This document shows positions 50,236 through 60,150 of a stretch of DNA of 64,000 bases, piece by piece. Location of the stretch: positions 64,001 to 128,000 of the forward strand of contig JAXSNR010000001.1 in the NCBI GenBank assembly GCA_037925075.1, read 5' to 3'. This stretch comes from Aquificaceae bacterium. Lineage in GTDB: Bacteria > Aquificota > Aquificia > Aquificales > Aquificaceae. The notes under the pieces were generated by a model. It made no database searches. It worked only from the letters and a program-made list of their open reading frames with translations, and was not told the DNA's origin. Position 1 is the first letter of the stretch, and every line of letters begins with the position of its first letter. The translations under genes were made by a program, and so were the position numbers.

Positions 50236-51333
50236 ATGATTGCCCAGGACATTCTAAAAGAGGCTCTTAAGAAAAACAAGCTAAAAAGCGAAGCCTACGG
50301 AAAGCTTGAGTACCTGAGGTTTACCGACGACTTTAAAGAGGTTCCTCGTGGCACCGTTCTTTTCAAAGACAACATCATATGGGGCTATCCACACATAGGC
50401 AGGATCTTTCAGCTTTCTACAGGCATTCCTGAGCAGTTTGAAGCTCCCTTTTGGGTTGAGGAAAAGGTAGACGGATACAATGTGAGAGTGTTTATGCATG
50501 AGGGAGAAATTTACGCCCTCACAAGGGGTGGTTATGTATGTGCCTTTACCACAGACAGGGTTCTTGATTTTATAGACCCAAAATTCTTTGAGGACAACCC
50601 TGATCTTGTGCTGTGTATGGAGGTGGCAGGACCGGAAAATCCCTATGTGGAGGAAAGCCCACCCTATGTGAAGGAAGATGTCAAGTTTTTTCTTTTTGAC
50701 ATAATGCAAAAAAACAGTCAAGGCTTTTTACCCTACAGAGAAAAGTTAAAGCTTATAGAGAAGTATAACCTTCCAAGTGTAGAAGGGTACGGACTGTACA
50801 CTCCAGACAAGATAGAAGACTTAAAGGCTCTCCTCAAAAGACTAAACGACGAAAGAAAAGAGGGTGTAGTGCTAAAAGAGGACTCTAAAAGGGACAAAAG
50901 GGTCAAGTACATCACAAGCTATGCAAACCTTAACGACATTAGGATAACCTCTCTAAACATGCTTGGGCTTCCCGCAGACTACTACACCAACAGATTATTA
51001 AGGCTTGCACTCTTTATAGAAGAGGAGGGGTTAGAAAAGAGCGAAGAGCTATACAGGGAATTGGGAGAGGCTTTTCTTAGTGGGCTTTTTTCCGCATGCA
51101 AGATGGCAAAAGAAGAGGGCAAGGTTCGTAGGGTCTTCCGGTGCAGGTTCAGAAGAAGGGACAATGTCCTCATCTTCTTGGAGCAGATGAAACACGCCTC
51201 TGTTCATATACAGGTAAATCAGCTATCTCTAAGGGAAGAGGGTGGGCTTTGGCTTTTGGAGTTTGAAAAGGTTTTCCTTAATATGACGGGGCTTCTTGGA
51301 CATCTTCTAAGGGGTGGGTCCCTTATAGATTAG
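50236..51333 (+). CDS. ATP-dependent RNA ligase, Rnl3/Pab1020 family
   Basis: [17 protein letters not shown] (motif I), TRGG, GPENPY, FDI, EGVVLK, VKY; start reassigned to ATG 50236. Confidence 0.9.
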   Translation: MIAQDILKEALKKNKLKSEAYGKLEYLRFTDDFKEVPRGTVLFKDNIIWGYPHIGRIFQLSTGIPEQFEAPFWVEEKVDGYNVRVFMHEGEIYALTRGGYVCAFTTDRVLDFIDPKFFEDNPDLVLCMEVAGPENPYVEESPPYVKEDVKFFLFDIMQKNSQGFLPYREKLKLIEKYNLPSVEGYGLYTPDKIEDLKALLKRLNDERKEGVVLKEDSKRDKRVKYITSYANLNDIRITSLNMLGLPADYYTNRLLRLALFIEEEGLEKSEELYRELGEAFLSGLFSACKMAKEEGKVRRVFRCRFRRRDNVLIFLEQMKHASVHIQVNQLSLREEGGLWLLEFEKVFLNMTGLLGHLLRGGSLID

Positions 51334-51911
51334 GCTCTAAGTGTATAGCTTTCAAGTATGACTCTAAAACTCCTTGGGTCTATGAGCTTTATTCCCACCT
51401 TGTCCGCCCAGTTTCTGAGACCCTCGTCCGCGGACACAAGAATGCCGTCAAGCTCGTAGGCTAAAAGCAGAACATCAAGGTCTTCTTTACTGTCTATTAT
51501 GCCTGTCCTGAGAGCCTCACGGTATTTTTCTCTGAGCTTGTTTATAAGTTTTCCCACATCCTCTTGGGTAAGCCTTCCAGCCTCTTTTGTATGCTCTTCC
51601 GCAATCCGTAGACCCTTGTTTATCCTATAACGCACTTCTTCTATAAACTCATACAGAAATTCCGCAGGCACCATAAGGTTAAACCTTCTCGGAGAGCGGA
51701 CCCTTACCGCGAGCTCAAACCTTGGCTTGAGATTTCCAAGCTCCACCATTTTGTTAAACTCTTCATAAACGGAGGTGGGCATGTAAAACTGTGCCCTGCT
51801 ATGAGAAGCCAAAGTTATGAAGTTTTCTATGGCTCCAAGCTGATCCTTTTCAAACTGACTGTAAATGTCAGGGTTTGTAAATACGCTTGTATCAAGCACA
51901 AAAACTTCCAT
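51330..51911 (-). CDS. Protein-only RNase P (HARP, Aq880-like PIN domain)
   Basis: [61 protein letters not shown]. Confidence 0.92.
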   Translation of the reverse strand: MEVFVLDTSVFTNPDIYSQFEKDQLGAIENFITLASHSRAQFYMPTSVYEEFNKMVELGNLKPRFELAVRVRSPRRFNLMVPAEFLYEFIEEVRYRINKGLRIAEEHTKEAGRLTQEDVGKLINKLREKYREALRTGIIDSKEDLDVLLLAYELDGILVSADEGLRNWADKVGIKLIDPRSFRVILESYTLRA

Positions 51912-51912
51912 T

Positions 51913-52044
51913 TTACCTCAATAGGTTAATTATAAGGTATGGGCTATCCCTGTTTATCAAAAGCACAAACCTAATTTCCACGATGTCCACTTTGGGCACA
52001 TCCACTTCCAGAGTTTTATAAGCCTCGTAAGGGAGCACAGCCAT
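51913..52044 (-). pseudogene. 43-aa ORF, possible internally deleted coiled-coil/TM (DUF1640-like) gene
   Basis: [49 protein letters not shown] 7 nt upstream; stop 1 nt before the HARP ATG. Confidence 0.35.
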
Positions 52045-52048
52045 AGTT

Positions 52049-52876
52049 CTAATTATAATTTCCTTTGGTAAGGTAATCCAACACAGAGCCTTTTACCACC
52101 TCGTAAGGCACTTCATAGCCCGTCCATATTCTGAAGCTTTCCATACCCTGATAGAGTAGCATATCAAGACCATCTTGATAGGAGCATCCCTTTTCCTTTG
52201 CAAACTTCAAAAGTGGAGTTTCTCTGTAGATGATGTCCATGACCTTATGCTCCGGCTTAAGCATGCGGTAGTCAAATATAGGTGGGTCTTCATCCCTTAG
52301 ACCAAGGGAAGTGGTATTAACAATTAGCTCCACATCTTCCAGCACATCCTCTGGCCTTTTCACATGCAGGCAGTTAAACTCCTCACAAAGCCTTTTGGCC
52401 TTTTCCTCAGTCCTGTTCCACAGAAAAACCTCCGCGCCTTCAACTTTTAAAGCATACAGTACAGCCCTTGCGGAGCCTCCCGCACCAAGCACCAAGATCT
52501 TAAGACCCTTAAGGTCAGGAGTTAGCCCTCTTACCGCCTTTAAAAAACCAACCCAGTCCGTGTTGTAGGCATAAACTCCCTCGTCGCTAAACTTCAAGGT
52601 GTTGGCAGAGCCTATGGCTTGGGCGTGTCTGTCTTTGAAGTCCGCAAGTTCAAGGGCTTTTTCCTTGTGGGGAAGTGTTATGTTAGCACCTTTTACTCCA
52701 AGAGCTTTTAGACCTCTAAAGGCAGACTCAAACTCTTCAGGTTTTACCTCAAAGGGAACATAAACCGCGTTTAGAGAAAAATGTTCAAAGGATTTGTTTT
52801 GAAAAACCGGAGAAAGGGAATGTTTTACAGGATAACCTAATATGCAGTAAACTTGGGTCTTTCCGTCAATGGTCAT
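52049..52876 (-). CDS. aroE: Shikimate dehydrogenase
   Basis: GYPVKHSLSP, GANITLPHK, NTD, GAGGSAR, NRT, MLLYQG. Confidence 0.95.
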   Translation of the reverse strand: MTIDGKTQVYCILGYPVKHSLSPVFQNKSFEHFSLNAVYVPFEVKPEEFESAFRGLKALGVKGANITLPHKEKALELADFKDRHAQAIGSANTLKFSDEGVYAYNTDWVGFLKAVRGLTPDLKGLKILVLGAGGSARAVLYALKVEGAEVFLWNRTEEKAKRLCEEFNCLHVKRPEDVLEDVELIVNTTSLGLRDEDPPIFDYRMLKPEHKVMDIIYRETPLLKFAKEKGCSYQDGLDMLLYQGMESFRIWTGYEVPYEVVKGSVLDYLTKGNYN

Positions 52877-53124
52877 CCAATCTGATACTTGGGCTGAAGT
52901 ATCTCTACCTTTTTGACCCAGCTAAGATTGCCTTTGATTGCCATATCCACCACATTCTTGACGCTTACGTCCGCTATTATACAATCGGTGCAACCACCCT
53001 CAAACTGAAGGTAAACCTCGCCTTCTCTTATATCCACCACCTTTAGGTTTCCGTGGTGTTCTTTAAGGGCTGGTCTGATCCTTTCCAGTACTTCTTCTAC
53101 TTCTTTTAGTTCCTTGTCAGTCAT
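52873..53124 (-). CDS. NifU C-terminal (Nfu) domain Fe-S carrier
   Basis: IRPALKEHHGN, GGCTDC. Confidence 0.85.
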   Translation of the reverse strand: MTDKELKEVEEVLERIRPALKEHHGNLKVVDIREGEVYLQFEGGCTDCIIADVSVKNVVDMAIKGNLSWVKKVEILQPKYQIG

Positions 53125-53363
53125 GGCTTATCCTCCAGTTGTCTGTATAAATCTTGTATCTCCTGCCAGAGATTTCCCTGAGCTTCGTCATCCAAGTCCA
53201 TCAGCCTGCAAAAGCCCTTAAGAGTTAGCTTATCCGCAACCACATCCTCTATGTCCTCCTCCAAAAGGATACGATAGCCATACCTCATGAGCGTTTCTTT
53301 TACGTGCGGGAAGTTTCTGAGAAGCTCCATAAGGTTTGTGTCCAAGGTGATCCTTTCCTTCAT
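53121..53363 (-). CDS. Small hypothetical protein (DUF1858-like)
   Basis: ITLDTNLMELLRNFPHVKETLMRYG pattern; ATGA-coupled on both sides. Confidence 0.55.
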   Translation of the reverse strand: MKERITLDTNLMELLRNFPHVKETLMRYGYRILLEEDIEDVVADKLTLKGFCRLMDLDDEAQGNLWQEIQDLYRQLEDKP

Positions 53364-53611
53364 GTTTCTTTCACCTTTCTAACAAAAAGGTGATACTCAC
53401 CCTCTTCCTCGTAAAGTCCCAAAAACTCCTGACCCGTAGCTTTGCACCATGCGGGTATATCCTCCACCACCCCCGGGTCGTCCGCCACAAGCTCAAGCAC
53501 TTGACCCACTTGCATGGTCTTTATAACCTTTGCAGTTTCAGCCACGGGCACAGGGCAAAAAGTCCCCACCACATCATGAACCACGTCTGGTTTTATGTTT
53601 TCAATTTCCAT
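53360..53611 (-). CDS. TusA family sulfur carrier
   Basis: GTFCPVP, ADDPG, DIPAWC. Confidence 0.9.
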   Translation of the reverse strand: MEIENIKPDVVHDVVGTFCPVPVAETAKVIKTMQVGQVLELVADDPGVVEDIPAWCKATGQEFLGLYEEEGEYHLFVRKVKET

Positions 53612-54647
53612 ATTTTACTCCCTGTCTATTGTATATTTTAAGAGATTCTACCAGTTCCTCATCTGGTGGCTCTCCCCAAAGGGTGTGCTCCACAGAGCCA
53701 AGGCTGACGACCACCTCACAGGGCTGATTTTTTGAATACCTTGCGACAAGGTCAGCGACAAGCTTTTTCTCCTCTTCCCTTAGGCCACCCTTTATAAGGG
53801 CAAAGGTGCCCTTTAGGTCCTTTCTGTACGCATAGTCATACCTTTTCCTAAAGCCTTGAAGAAACCTGACCTCCCCTTCGTTCCTCGCCACTATGAGCTT
53901 GGCTCCAGAGGGAAGCCTAAAATGTCTTCCAACGGAAAAAAGTATCAGGTCTTCTCTTGTTAGTACCCCTTCTATCGCAAAGGCTTCCCTAAACCTGTAG
54001 GCATAGTTTTCATCCGTAAGATAGCAACATCCTCCTGCGGGCTGTTCGTAGTCAATGCCATACTTCTCCGCTAGGGCTATCTGTCTTCTTCTCCCTCTAC
54101 CTCTTATATCAAGGAGTTTTTCCCTGTACACCCATCCAAGTTTTTCGGGTATGGTCTCTGGAAGCACTTTTGCGGAAAGGGGTCTTAGAATGTAACCTTC
54201 AAGCCCAGATTCCTTTTCTATGAGCATAAGCCTTTCGTATGTTTGGCTCATGGGTCTTTGGCCAAGCACTTCACCGGTGATCACAAAATGGAAGCCTTCC
54301 TTCTCCATTATCTCCTTTGCCTTTTTGAGCATAAATATCCTACAATCCACACAAGGATTTACGTTTTTGCCATATCCATGCTTTGGATTTAGAATTATGT
54401 CAAAGTACTCCTGCGATATATCCACTATCTCTATAGGAACTTGAAGCTGGGCTGCTGCCCTAAGAGCGGGATTGACATATTGCGACCCGTCTTCTCTCCT
54501 CAGTCCAAGGCGCCTTTTGTGTTCGGTGATACAAAAGCCCGTGTAAAAGTGCAAAGCTTTTATCTCAACGCCTTGGTCCTGAAGGAGGCGGACCGCTAAG
54601 GAGCTATCCAGCCCTCCAGAAAAAAGAGCAACAGCCCTTACCTTCAT
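53601..54647 (-). CDS. THUMP-less ThiI/MnmA-like PP-loop sulfurtransferase
   Basis: SGGLDS PP-loop, TGFC, NPCVDC, TGEVLGQRPMSQ, PAGGCC, GRHFR, RNEGE. Confidence 0.78.
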   Translation of the reverse strand: MKVRAVALFSGGLDSSLAVRLLQDQGVEIKALHFYTGFCITEHKRRLGLRREDGSQYVNPALRAAAQLQVPIEIVDISQEYFDIILNPKHGYGKNVNPCVDCRIFMLKKAKEIMEKEGFHFVITGEVLGQRPMSQTYERLMLIEKESGLEGYILRPLSAKVLPETIPEKLGWVYREKLLDIRGRGRRRQIALAEKYGIDYEQPAGGCCYLTDENYAYRFREAFAIEGVLTREDLILFSVGRHFRLPSGAKLIVARNEGEVRFLQGFRKRYDYAYRKDLKGTFALIKGGLREEEKKLVADLVARYSKNQPCEVVVSLGSVEHTLWGEPPDEELVESLKIYNRQGVKYGN

Positions 54648-55105
54648 GTGGAAAGAAACTCAAACTCCCTGCTTTCTTCTTCTTCCTCTTCGTAGCAGTC
54701 GGGTATACGCATAGCCTCTTCTACCCTTCCCTGCTTGAGAAGGTAATCCTTTATGGCCACATGCAAGGTTTCCAGTCCAAGGTTTGTGCAATGAATCTTC
54801 TGTGGAGGAAGTCCGCCAAGCTCATCAAATATATCCTTGTAGGTAAGGTTCAAAGCGTAGCTTATAGGCTTGCCCTTTATCATCTCTGTAAGCTGTGAAG
54901 AAACCGCAATGGCGGAGCCACAGCCAAAGGTTTTAAACCTTACATCCTCTATTATATCCTTTTCGGGGTTTATCTTTAGAGTAAATAGCATGGCGTCGCC
55001 ACAGGCTGGATTGCCACACTGCCCAATGGCGTTGGCATCCTCAAGCACACCCACATTTCGTGGGTTCAAAAAGTGGTCAAGCACCTTCTCACTGTATTCA
55101 AACAT
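54644..55105 (-). CDS. iscU: Fe-S cluster scaffold IscU
   Basis: YSEKVLDHFLNPRNVG, NPACGD, TFGCGSAIA, PPQKIHC; acidic tail. Confidence 0.94.
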   Translation of the reverse strand: MFEYSEKVLDHFLNPRNVGVLEDANAIGQCGNPACGDAMLFTLKINPEKDIIEDVRFKTFGCGSAIAVSSQLTEMIKGKPISYALNLTYKDIFDELGGLPPQKIHCTNLGLETLHVAIKDYLLKQGRVEEAMRIPDCYEEEEEESREFEFLST

Positions 55106-55185
55106 CTTAACACCTCCTTAACTTTGATGAAGTAGAATATGACACCTCTCTGGAAATCTGCTATGACCTTTATCAAAGATGTGGA

Positions 55186-55869
55186 TTACATATAGTTTTC
55201 CACAATTGTGCCAAAAGTTCTACTAAGCCTGTGGTCATCTTCAAGCTCAAGAAACTCCTTGACTTTAACCTTGCTTGCAAAAAGCCTTGAGTGTTCCACT
55301 GGAACCATTTCGTCCTGCCTGCCATGGAATACGTAAATCTCGTAGGGAACTTCCGAAGGGAAATCCACTCCACCATCTTCGATTATCTCATAGCCCTTTT
55401 GAAGTATATCTATGGCGAAGTCTTTGTGTATGGTCAGCTCAAGCCCTGTTTCGCACTCTGTAAAGCTCAGCTCCTCTTTACCCTCAAGCCAGTTCTTGCA
55501 TTTTTCCTCTCCCACCTCCTTCAAGGTAAGGTCTAAGGTTGAGTAAGAGGGAGCAAAAAGAAAAACCTTACCCACCTTTTCTGGCTTATAGAATTTAAGG
55601 TAGTTAAGCCATACATATCCACCGTGAGAACTCCCAGAAAGCCAAAGGGTAGAAAACTTCTGAGAAAAGCCTTTTACAAGGGCATCAAGCACTTCAAGGG
55701 TCTTAGTGGTAGTTGTTGTCTGATAGTCCATATCCATGGCAAAGAGAGAAAACCTACCTTTGAAACTTCTTTCCCTTAGAAGGCTTAGCTTACTGCCTCT
55801 TACATTGCTGGCAAAACCATGAAGGTGTATTAAAATAACCTCAGGATTTGTAGGCTCGTAGATGAACAT
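55186..55869 (-). CDS. Alpha/beta hydrolase (YqiA-like esterase)
   Basis: HLHGFAS, GSSHGG, HGRQDEMVP, DDH. Confidence 0.88.
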   Translation of the reverse strand: MFIYEPTNPEVILIHLHGFASNVRGSKLSLLRERSFKGRFSLFAMDMDYQTTTTTKTLEVLDALVKGFSQKFSTLWLSGSSHGGYVWLNYLKFYKPEKVGKVFLFAPSYSTLDLTLKEVGEEKCKNWLEGKEELSFTECETGLELTIHKDFAIDILQKGYEIIEDGGVDFPSEVPYEIYVFHGRQDEMVPVEHSRLFASKVKVKEFLELEDDHRLSRTFGTIVENYM

Positions 55870-56437
55870 AAGGGAAATTATAGAGGATTTGGAAACGAGA
55901 AGGAAGGTCTTTCACCTTTTCGCCCTTCTTCTGTGGCTAATTCCTTTGAATTTCTTTCCGAGAGGACTTAGCCTGCTTGTCTTCTTAATGGTTATAGCTA
56001 TCAACCTTTTGACTGTTCTAAGGCTTTGGGAAAACAAGTTTAACCTTTACTACAGGCTTATATACATCCTTGAAAGGGAGAAGAACCTTTCAAAGCCCGG
56101 CATTCAGGCTCTTTGGGCAAACTTGGGCATATTTTTGGCGTTTTTGATTTTTGGGAAAGAACCTGCCATGGTGGCTGTGGCAACCCTTGCAGTAGGAGAC
56201 GCCTTTGCCAGCGTGGTGGGTATAAGGTGGGGTAGGACAAGAATAGGAGGGAGAAGTCTTGAGGGTACCCTTGCCTTCTTTTTCTCCAGTTTTATTGTAC
56301 TCTTGCCCTTCATTGGACTGTGGAAAGCTCTTTCCGTGTCCCTTTTTTCCGCGGTGGTTGAAGCTTTACCTGTTAGGATAGATGACAACCTTACCGTGCC
56401 CTTGACCGCAGGGTTTGTTTGTTGGATAATGCTTTAG
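55862..56437 (+). CDS. Polyprenol/diacylglycerol kinase (CTP-dependent) family membrane protein
   Basis: RRKVFH, GDAFASVVG, RSLEGT, IDDNLTVP. Confidence 0.85.
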   Translation: MNIREIIEDLETRRKVFHLFALLLWLIPLNFFPRGLSLLVFLMVIAINLLTVLRLWENKFNLYYRLIYILEREKNLSKPGIQALWANLGIFLAFLIFGKEPAMVAVATLAVGDAFASVVGIRWGRTRIGGRSLEGTLAFFFSSFIVLLPFIGLWKALSVSLFSAVVEALPVRIDDNLTVPLTAGFVCWIML

Positions 56438-56439
56438 AC

Positions 56440-57333
56440 ATGCTTATAAAAGAAGGGGTCAATCTTGCACCTTTTACCACCATAGGCGTGGGCGGTTTGG
56501 CGAAGTACCTTAGCCAACCAAAAAGCGAAAAAGAGCTAAGGCATTCCCTTTTCTTTGCCTTTGATAGAGGTTTAGAAATCTTTATTCTTGGTAGGGGTGC
56601 AAACACCATTTTTGGGGACTTTGACGGTCTTGTGGTGAGTATGAGAGCCTTCAAATGTCTAAAGGTAAAGAGAGAAGAAAATTTCTTCATTGTAGAGGCT
56701 GAGGCTGGAGTGCCCCTGTCGGAGCTTGTAAAGTTGTCTCTGAGGGAAAACCTAGAAGGTATTTACAGGCTTATGGGATTTCCAGCGACCGTTGGTGGTG
56801 CGGTGGCCATGAACGCGGGAGCCTTTAACTACGAGATAAGCCAGCACCTTGTGGAGGTTGTCTTTATGGATTGGGAAGGTGAAATCCATAAGATAAAGAG
56901 GGAAGAGCTTAACTTTTCCTATAGGTATTCCCCTTTCCCTGAACTTGGCATTGTGCTTTCAGCCAGTTTTAAGGTACCAGTAAGCAAAAGCAGTGTAAAG
57001 GGAGAGTACGAATTTATAAGAGAAAAAAGGAAGAAAACTCAACCCATAAACATGCCCACAAGTGGATCCACCTTTAAAAACCCACCAGAGGATCACGCGG
57101 GAAGGCTTTTAGAAACCGTAGGTATGAAGGGCTACAGAATGGGTCAAATAGCCTTTTCCCATCTTCATGCCAACTTCCTTATAAACTTGGGAGGTGGAAG
57201 CTTTGAAGATGTGGTTAGAATAATACAAGAGGCAAAGAGAAGGGTTTTTGAAGAGTTTGGTATAACCCTTGAAGAGGAGGTAAGGCTCGTTGAAGGTAGT
57301 AGTGCTTATGGGAGGATGGTCCGCAGAACGTGA
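56440..57333 (+). CDS. murB: UDP-N-acetylmuramate dehydrogenase
   Basis: TTIGVGG, GRGAN, PATVGGAVAMNAGA, FSYRYS, GSTFKNP, HANFLIN; start reassigned to ATG 56440. Confidence 0.94.
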   Translation: MLIKEGVNLAPFTTIGVGGLAKYLSQPKSEKELRHSLFFAFDRGLEIFILGRGANTIFGDFDGLVVSMRAFKCLKVKREENFFIVEAEAGVPLSELVKLSLRENLEGIYRLMGFPATVGGAVAMNAGAFNYEISQHLVEVVFMDWEGEIHKIKREELNFSYRYSPFPELGIVLSASFKVPVSKSSVKGEYEFIREKRKKTQPINMPTSGSTFKNPPEDHAGRLLETVGMKGYRMGQIAFSHLHANFLINLGGGSFEDVVRIIQEAKRRVFEEFGITLEEEVRLVEGSSAYGRMVRRT

Positions 57334-58159
57334 GATATCCATAAAAAGCGGTCAGGCAGTGCTAAAAGCTTTAAAGGAGCTTGGACATGAAGCCCTTCCC
57401 CTTGACCTTACAGAAGACCTGTGTGAGAAGTTGAGGGAGATAAAACCTGACAAGGTCTTTATAGCCCTTCATGGTCCGTATGGAGAGGACGGAAGGGTAC
57501 AAGGACTTCTTGACATCTTGGGCATCCCTTACATAGGCTCAGGAGTACTTGGAAGTAGTATAGCCATGGATAAGGATACGACCAAAAAGGTCCTTTCCTT
57601 TCATGGCATAAAGGTGCCCCATTGGGTGTGTGTAAGGTCAGAAGAGGAGGAGTTAAAGTGGGATATCTATCCTGCGGTGGTAAAGCCTGCGGATCAGGGC
57701 TCAAGTGTGGGGCTTTTTGTGGTAAAAAACCAAGAGGAAGCAAAGGAAGCTATAGCCAAATGCCTTGATATTTCAAGAAAGGTTATGGTGGAAGAGTATA
57801 TAGAAGGTAGGGATGTAACCGTGGGAATCTTAAAGGAAAAGGCACTGCCACCCATCGAAATAAGACCAAAAAAGGGAGTGTACGATTACGAAAGCAAGTA
57901 TACAAAAGGTATGACGGAATACCTTTTTGTAGAAGACAAAGACCTTGTTGAAAGGCTACAAAAGACAGCACTTCTTGCCCACAAATCTCTTGAACTTAAA
58001 GACCTTTCAAGGGTAGACTTCAGAGTAGACAAAGAAGGAAATATATACCTTCTGGAAGTGAATACCATACCCGGCTTGACGGAGTTAAGCCTTTTTCCTA
58101 TGGCTTGCAGAAAGGCAGGGCTTGATTTTAAAGAATTGATAGATATGTTATTATTTTAA
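57290..58159 (+). CDS. ddl: D-alanine--D-alanine ligase
   Basis: GGWSAEREIS, LHGPYGEDG, GSSVG, YDYESKY, EVNTIPG. Confidence 0.95.
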   Translation: MKVVVLMGGWSAEREISIKSGQAVLKALKELGHEALPLDLTEDLCEKLREIKPDKVFIALHGPYGEDGRVQGLLDILGIPYIGSGVLGSSIAMDKDTTKKVLSFHGIKVPHWVCVRSEEEELKWDIYPAVVKPADQGSSVGLFVVKNQEEAKEAIAKCLDISRKVMVEEYIEGRDVTVGILKEKALPPIEIRPKKGVYDYESKYTKGMTEYLFVEDKDLVERLQKTALLAHKSLELKDLSRVDFRVDKEGNIYLLEVNTIPGLTELSLFPMACRKAGLDFKELIDMLLF

Positions 58160-58161
58160 TC

Positions 58162-58884
58162 ATGAAAAAAACTGGGAGACAGGGGAAATTGATTGGTTAT
58201 ATTCTTTCCATATTATGGCTTTCTTCGATGGGTCTTTCTGGCTTCCTTTTCCCCTACTTTACCGACAACATAGACTTCTTCAAAATAAAGGCTCTACACA
58301 TAGAAGGTCTTGAAACCATACCATCCGAGGTTATAGTGGATGAAATTAGAAAATTTAAAAACAACTGGCTATTCATTGACAACACAACTTTCTTAAGAAG
58401 CTTAAACAATAAAACTGGCAATTCCATTAATAGCGTAAAAACAGATAGAGTTTTTAGCACTAAAGGGGTAGAGTTAAGAATATTTGTTGAAGAAAGGAAA
58501 CCAATTGTCACCATGATTAAAGATGATCTTGTGTATTTCTTAGACGAAAATGGAACAGTATTTCAATCACAATATATGCAAGTCGTCAAGCCTGTAGTAT
58601 ATACCCATGATATTGAGCTTGTGAAAAGAAACTTCAATAATTTAAAAATGTTAATTGATTTAACGGGAGGAAACCTGGGGGAAATCTACATAACGAATCT
58701 GAATACTGTAGCTTACACTATAGAGGGATTAAAGATAAACATGCCTCCCATATTTCTCCTAAACAGACAGACTTTACAAAATGTGATAGATGTTTTTAAA
58801 ATTTATAATATTGATATGAAGACCAAAGAGTTAGACTTAAACATGGAGGGTATAGTAATAATAAGAGGAGAAAAGATAAGATGA
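58162..58884 (+). CDS. ftsQ: Cell division protein FtsQ/DivIB-like
   Basis: Single TM, POTRA-like segment, VEERKP; position between ddl and ftsA. Confidence 0.7.
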   Translation: MKKTGRQGKLIGYILSILWLSSMGLSGFLFPYFTDNIDFFKIKALHIEGLETIPSEVIVDEIRKFKNNWLFIDNTTFLRSLNNKTGNSINSVKTDRVFSTKGVELRIFVEERKPIVTMIKDDLVYFLDENGTVFQSQYMQVVKPVVYTHDIELVKRNFNNLKMLIDLTGGNLGEIYITNLNTVAYTIEGLKINMPPIFLLNRQTLQNVIDVFKIYNIDMKTKELDLNMEGIVIIRGEKIR

Positions 58885-60134
58885 AGTTAATAACAGCTCT
58901 TGACATAGGAACCAGTAAGGTGGTAGCCCTTGTGGGGGAGATAGACAGCTACGGTGACGTTCATATAATTGGAATTGGGGAGAGCCCTTCGAAAGGTATA
59001 GACAGGGGTTATGTTACAAGATTAGACCTTGCGGTGAATTCAGTTCTCAGTGCTATCAAAGAAGCTCAGGAAATGTCCGGTGTAAAACTCTCAACGGTTG
59101 TACTTGGTATTTCTGGTCCAACCCTCAAAAGTCAAAACGAAAGGGACACGGTGAGCATATCCTCTCAGCCTGTGGAGATAGACTATACACACATAGAAAG
59201 GTTGATAGATAGGGCTGTTATGCGATCAAGGGAGGAGGGCTATGAGATACTCAGCGCAGTACCCAGAAGGTTTGTGTTAGACGAACAAGAGGGCGTTATA
59301 GACCCCGTGGGTCTTCTTGGCTCAAAGATATCCGCAGAGGTGCATGTGGTAAAGATAGGAACAAGCCTTCTAAGAAATACAGAAAAGGTTGTTATGAACG
59401 CCGGTGTGGATATAACTGGTAAGTTTCTTTCTCCTCTTGCCTCTGCGGAAGCAGTACTTACCAACGAGGAAAAGGAAGAAGGTGTACTTATGATAGATAT
59501 AGGTGCAGGGCTTACAGATTTTGTGGTCTTTTCCGAGGGAGCAATACTCTTTACAGGATGTATTCCAGTTGGTGGTATTAACATAACAAAGGACATAGCA
59601 CACTACATGAAAGTAAACATAGAACAGGCGGAGAAGATAAAGGTAGAAAGCGGGTACGCACTGGCGGATGCGGTAAACGAGACAGAAAGGATAAAGATAA
59701 AACCAAGAGGTGAAGAAAAAGAGGTAACAATTGGAAGAAAACAGCTTGCTGAGGTAATACAGATAAGGCTTGAAGAAATAATGGAAAGAATAGCGGACCA
59801 CCTGAATTCTCAGGGGGTGAACTTGGACTCTCTCCATGGGGGGGTGGTCATAACAGGTGGATCCGCAAAGTTGACTGGCATGCGGGAGTTTCTCGAAAGG
59901 TATTTTGACCTTCCTGTAAGGATAGGCTACCCTATTGGTGTGATAGGTCTAAAGGAAAAGGTACAAGACCCAGCCTACTCTACAGTGGTAGGGCTTGTCA
60001 AACTGGCTCACAGAGGGCTTCCACTTGAAAAGAGGGGAGTATCCCAAAAGGGAAAAGAGAAGGCTATGGATAATGCCTTTAACCTTTCAAGCCTTATAAC
60101 CAAGCTCAAAGCCTTTTTTAAGGATATAATGTAA
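58881..60134 (+). CDS. ftsA: Cell division protein FtsA
   Basis: LDIGTSKV, DIGAG, GGINIT.DIA, TGGSA, VRIG, amphipathic C-terminus. Confidence 0.95.
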   Translation: MKLITALDIGTSKVVALVGEIDSYGDVHIIGIGESPSKGIDRGYVTRLDLAVNSVLSAIKEAQEMSGVKLSTVVLGISGPTLKSQNERDTVSISSQPVEIDYTHIERLIDRAVMRSREEGYEILSAVPRRFVLDEQEGVIDPVGLLGSKISAEVHVVKIGTSLLRNTEKVVMNAGVDITGKFLSPLASAEAVLTNEEKEEGVLMIDIGAGLTDFVVFSEGAILFTGCIPVGGINITKDIAHYMKVNIEQAEKIKVESGYALADAVNETERIKIKPRGEEKEVTIGRKQLAEVIQIRLEEIMERIADHLNSQGVNLDSLHGGVVITGGSAKLTGMREFLERYFDLPVRIGYPIGVIGLKEKVQDPAYSTVVGLVKLAHRGLPLEKRGVSQKGKEKAMDNAFNLSSLITKLKAFFKDIM

Positions 60135-60150
60135 ACCAAGGAGGAGAGGT

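Noticed and set aside
58162..58884. AT-rich ftsQ as a horizontally acquired segment
   Set aside because: It sits in the canonical ddl-ftsQ-ftsA-ftsZ order; fast divergence or internal promoters explain it more simply.
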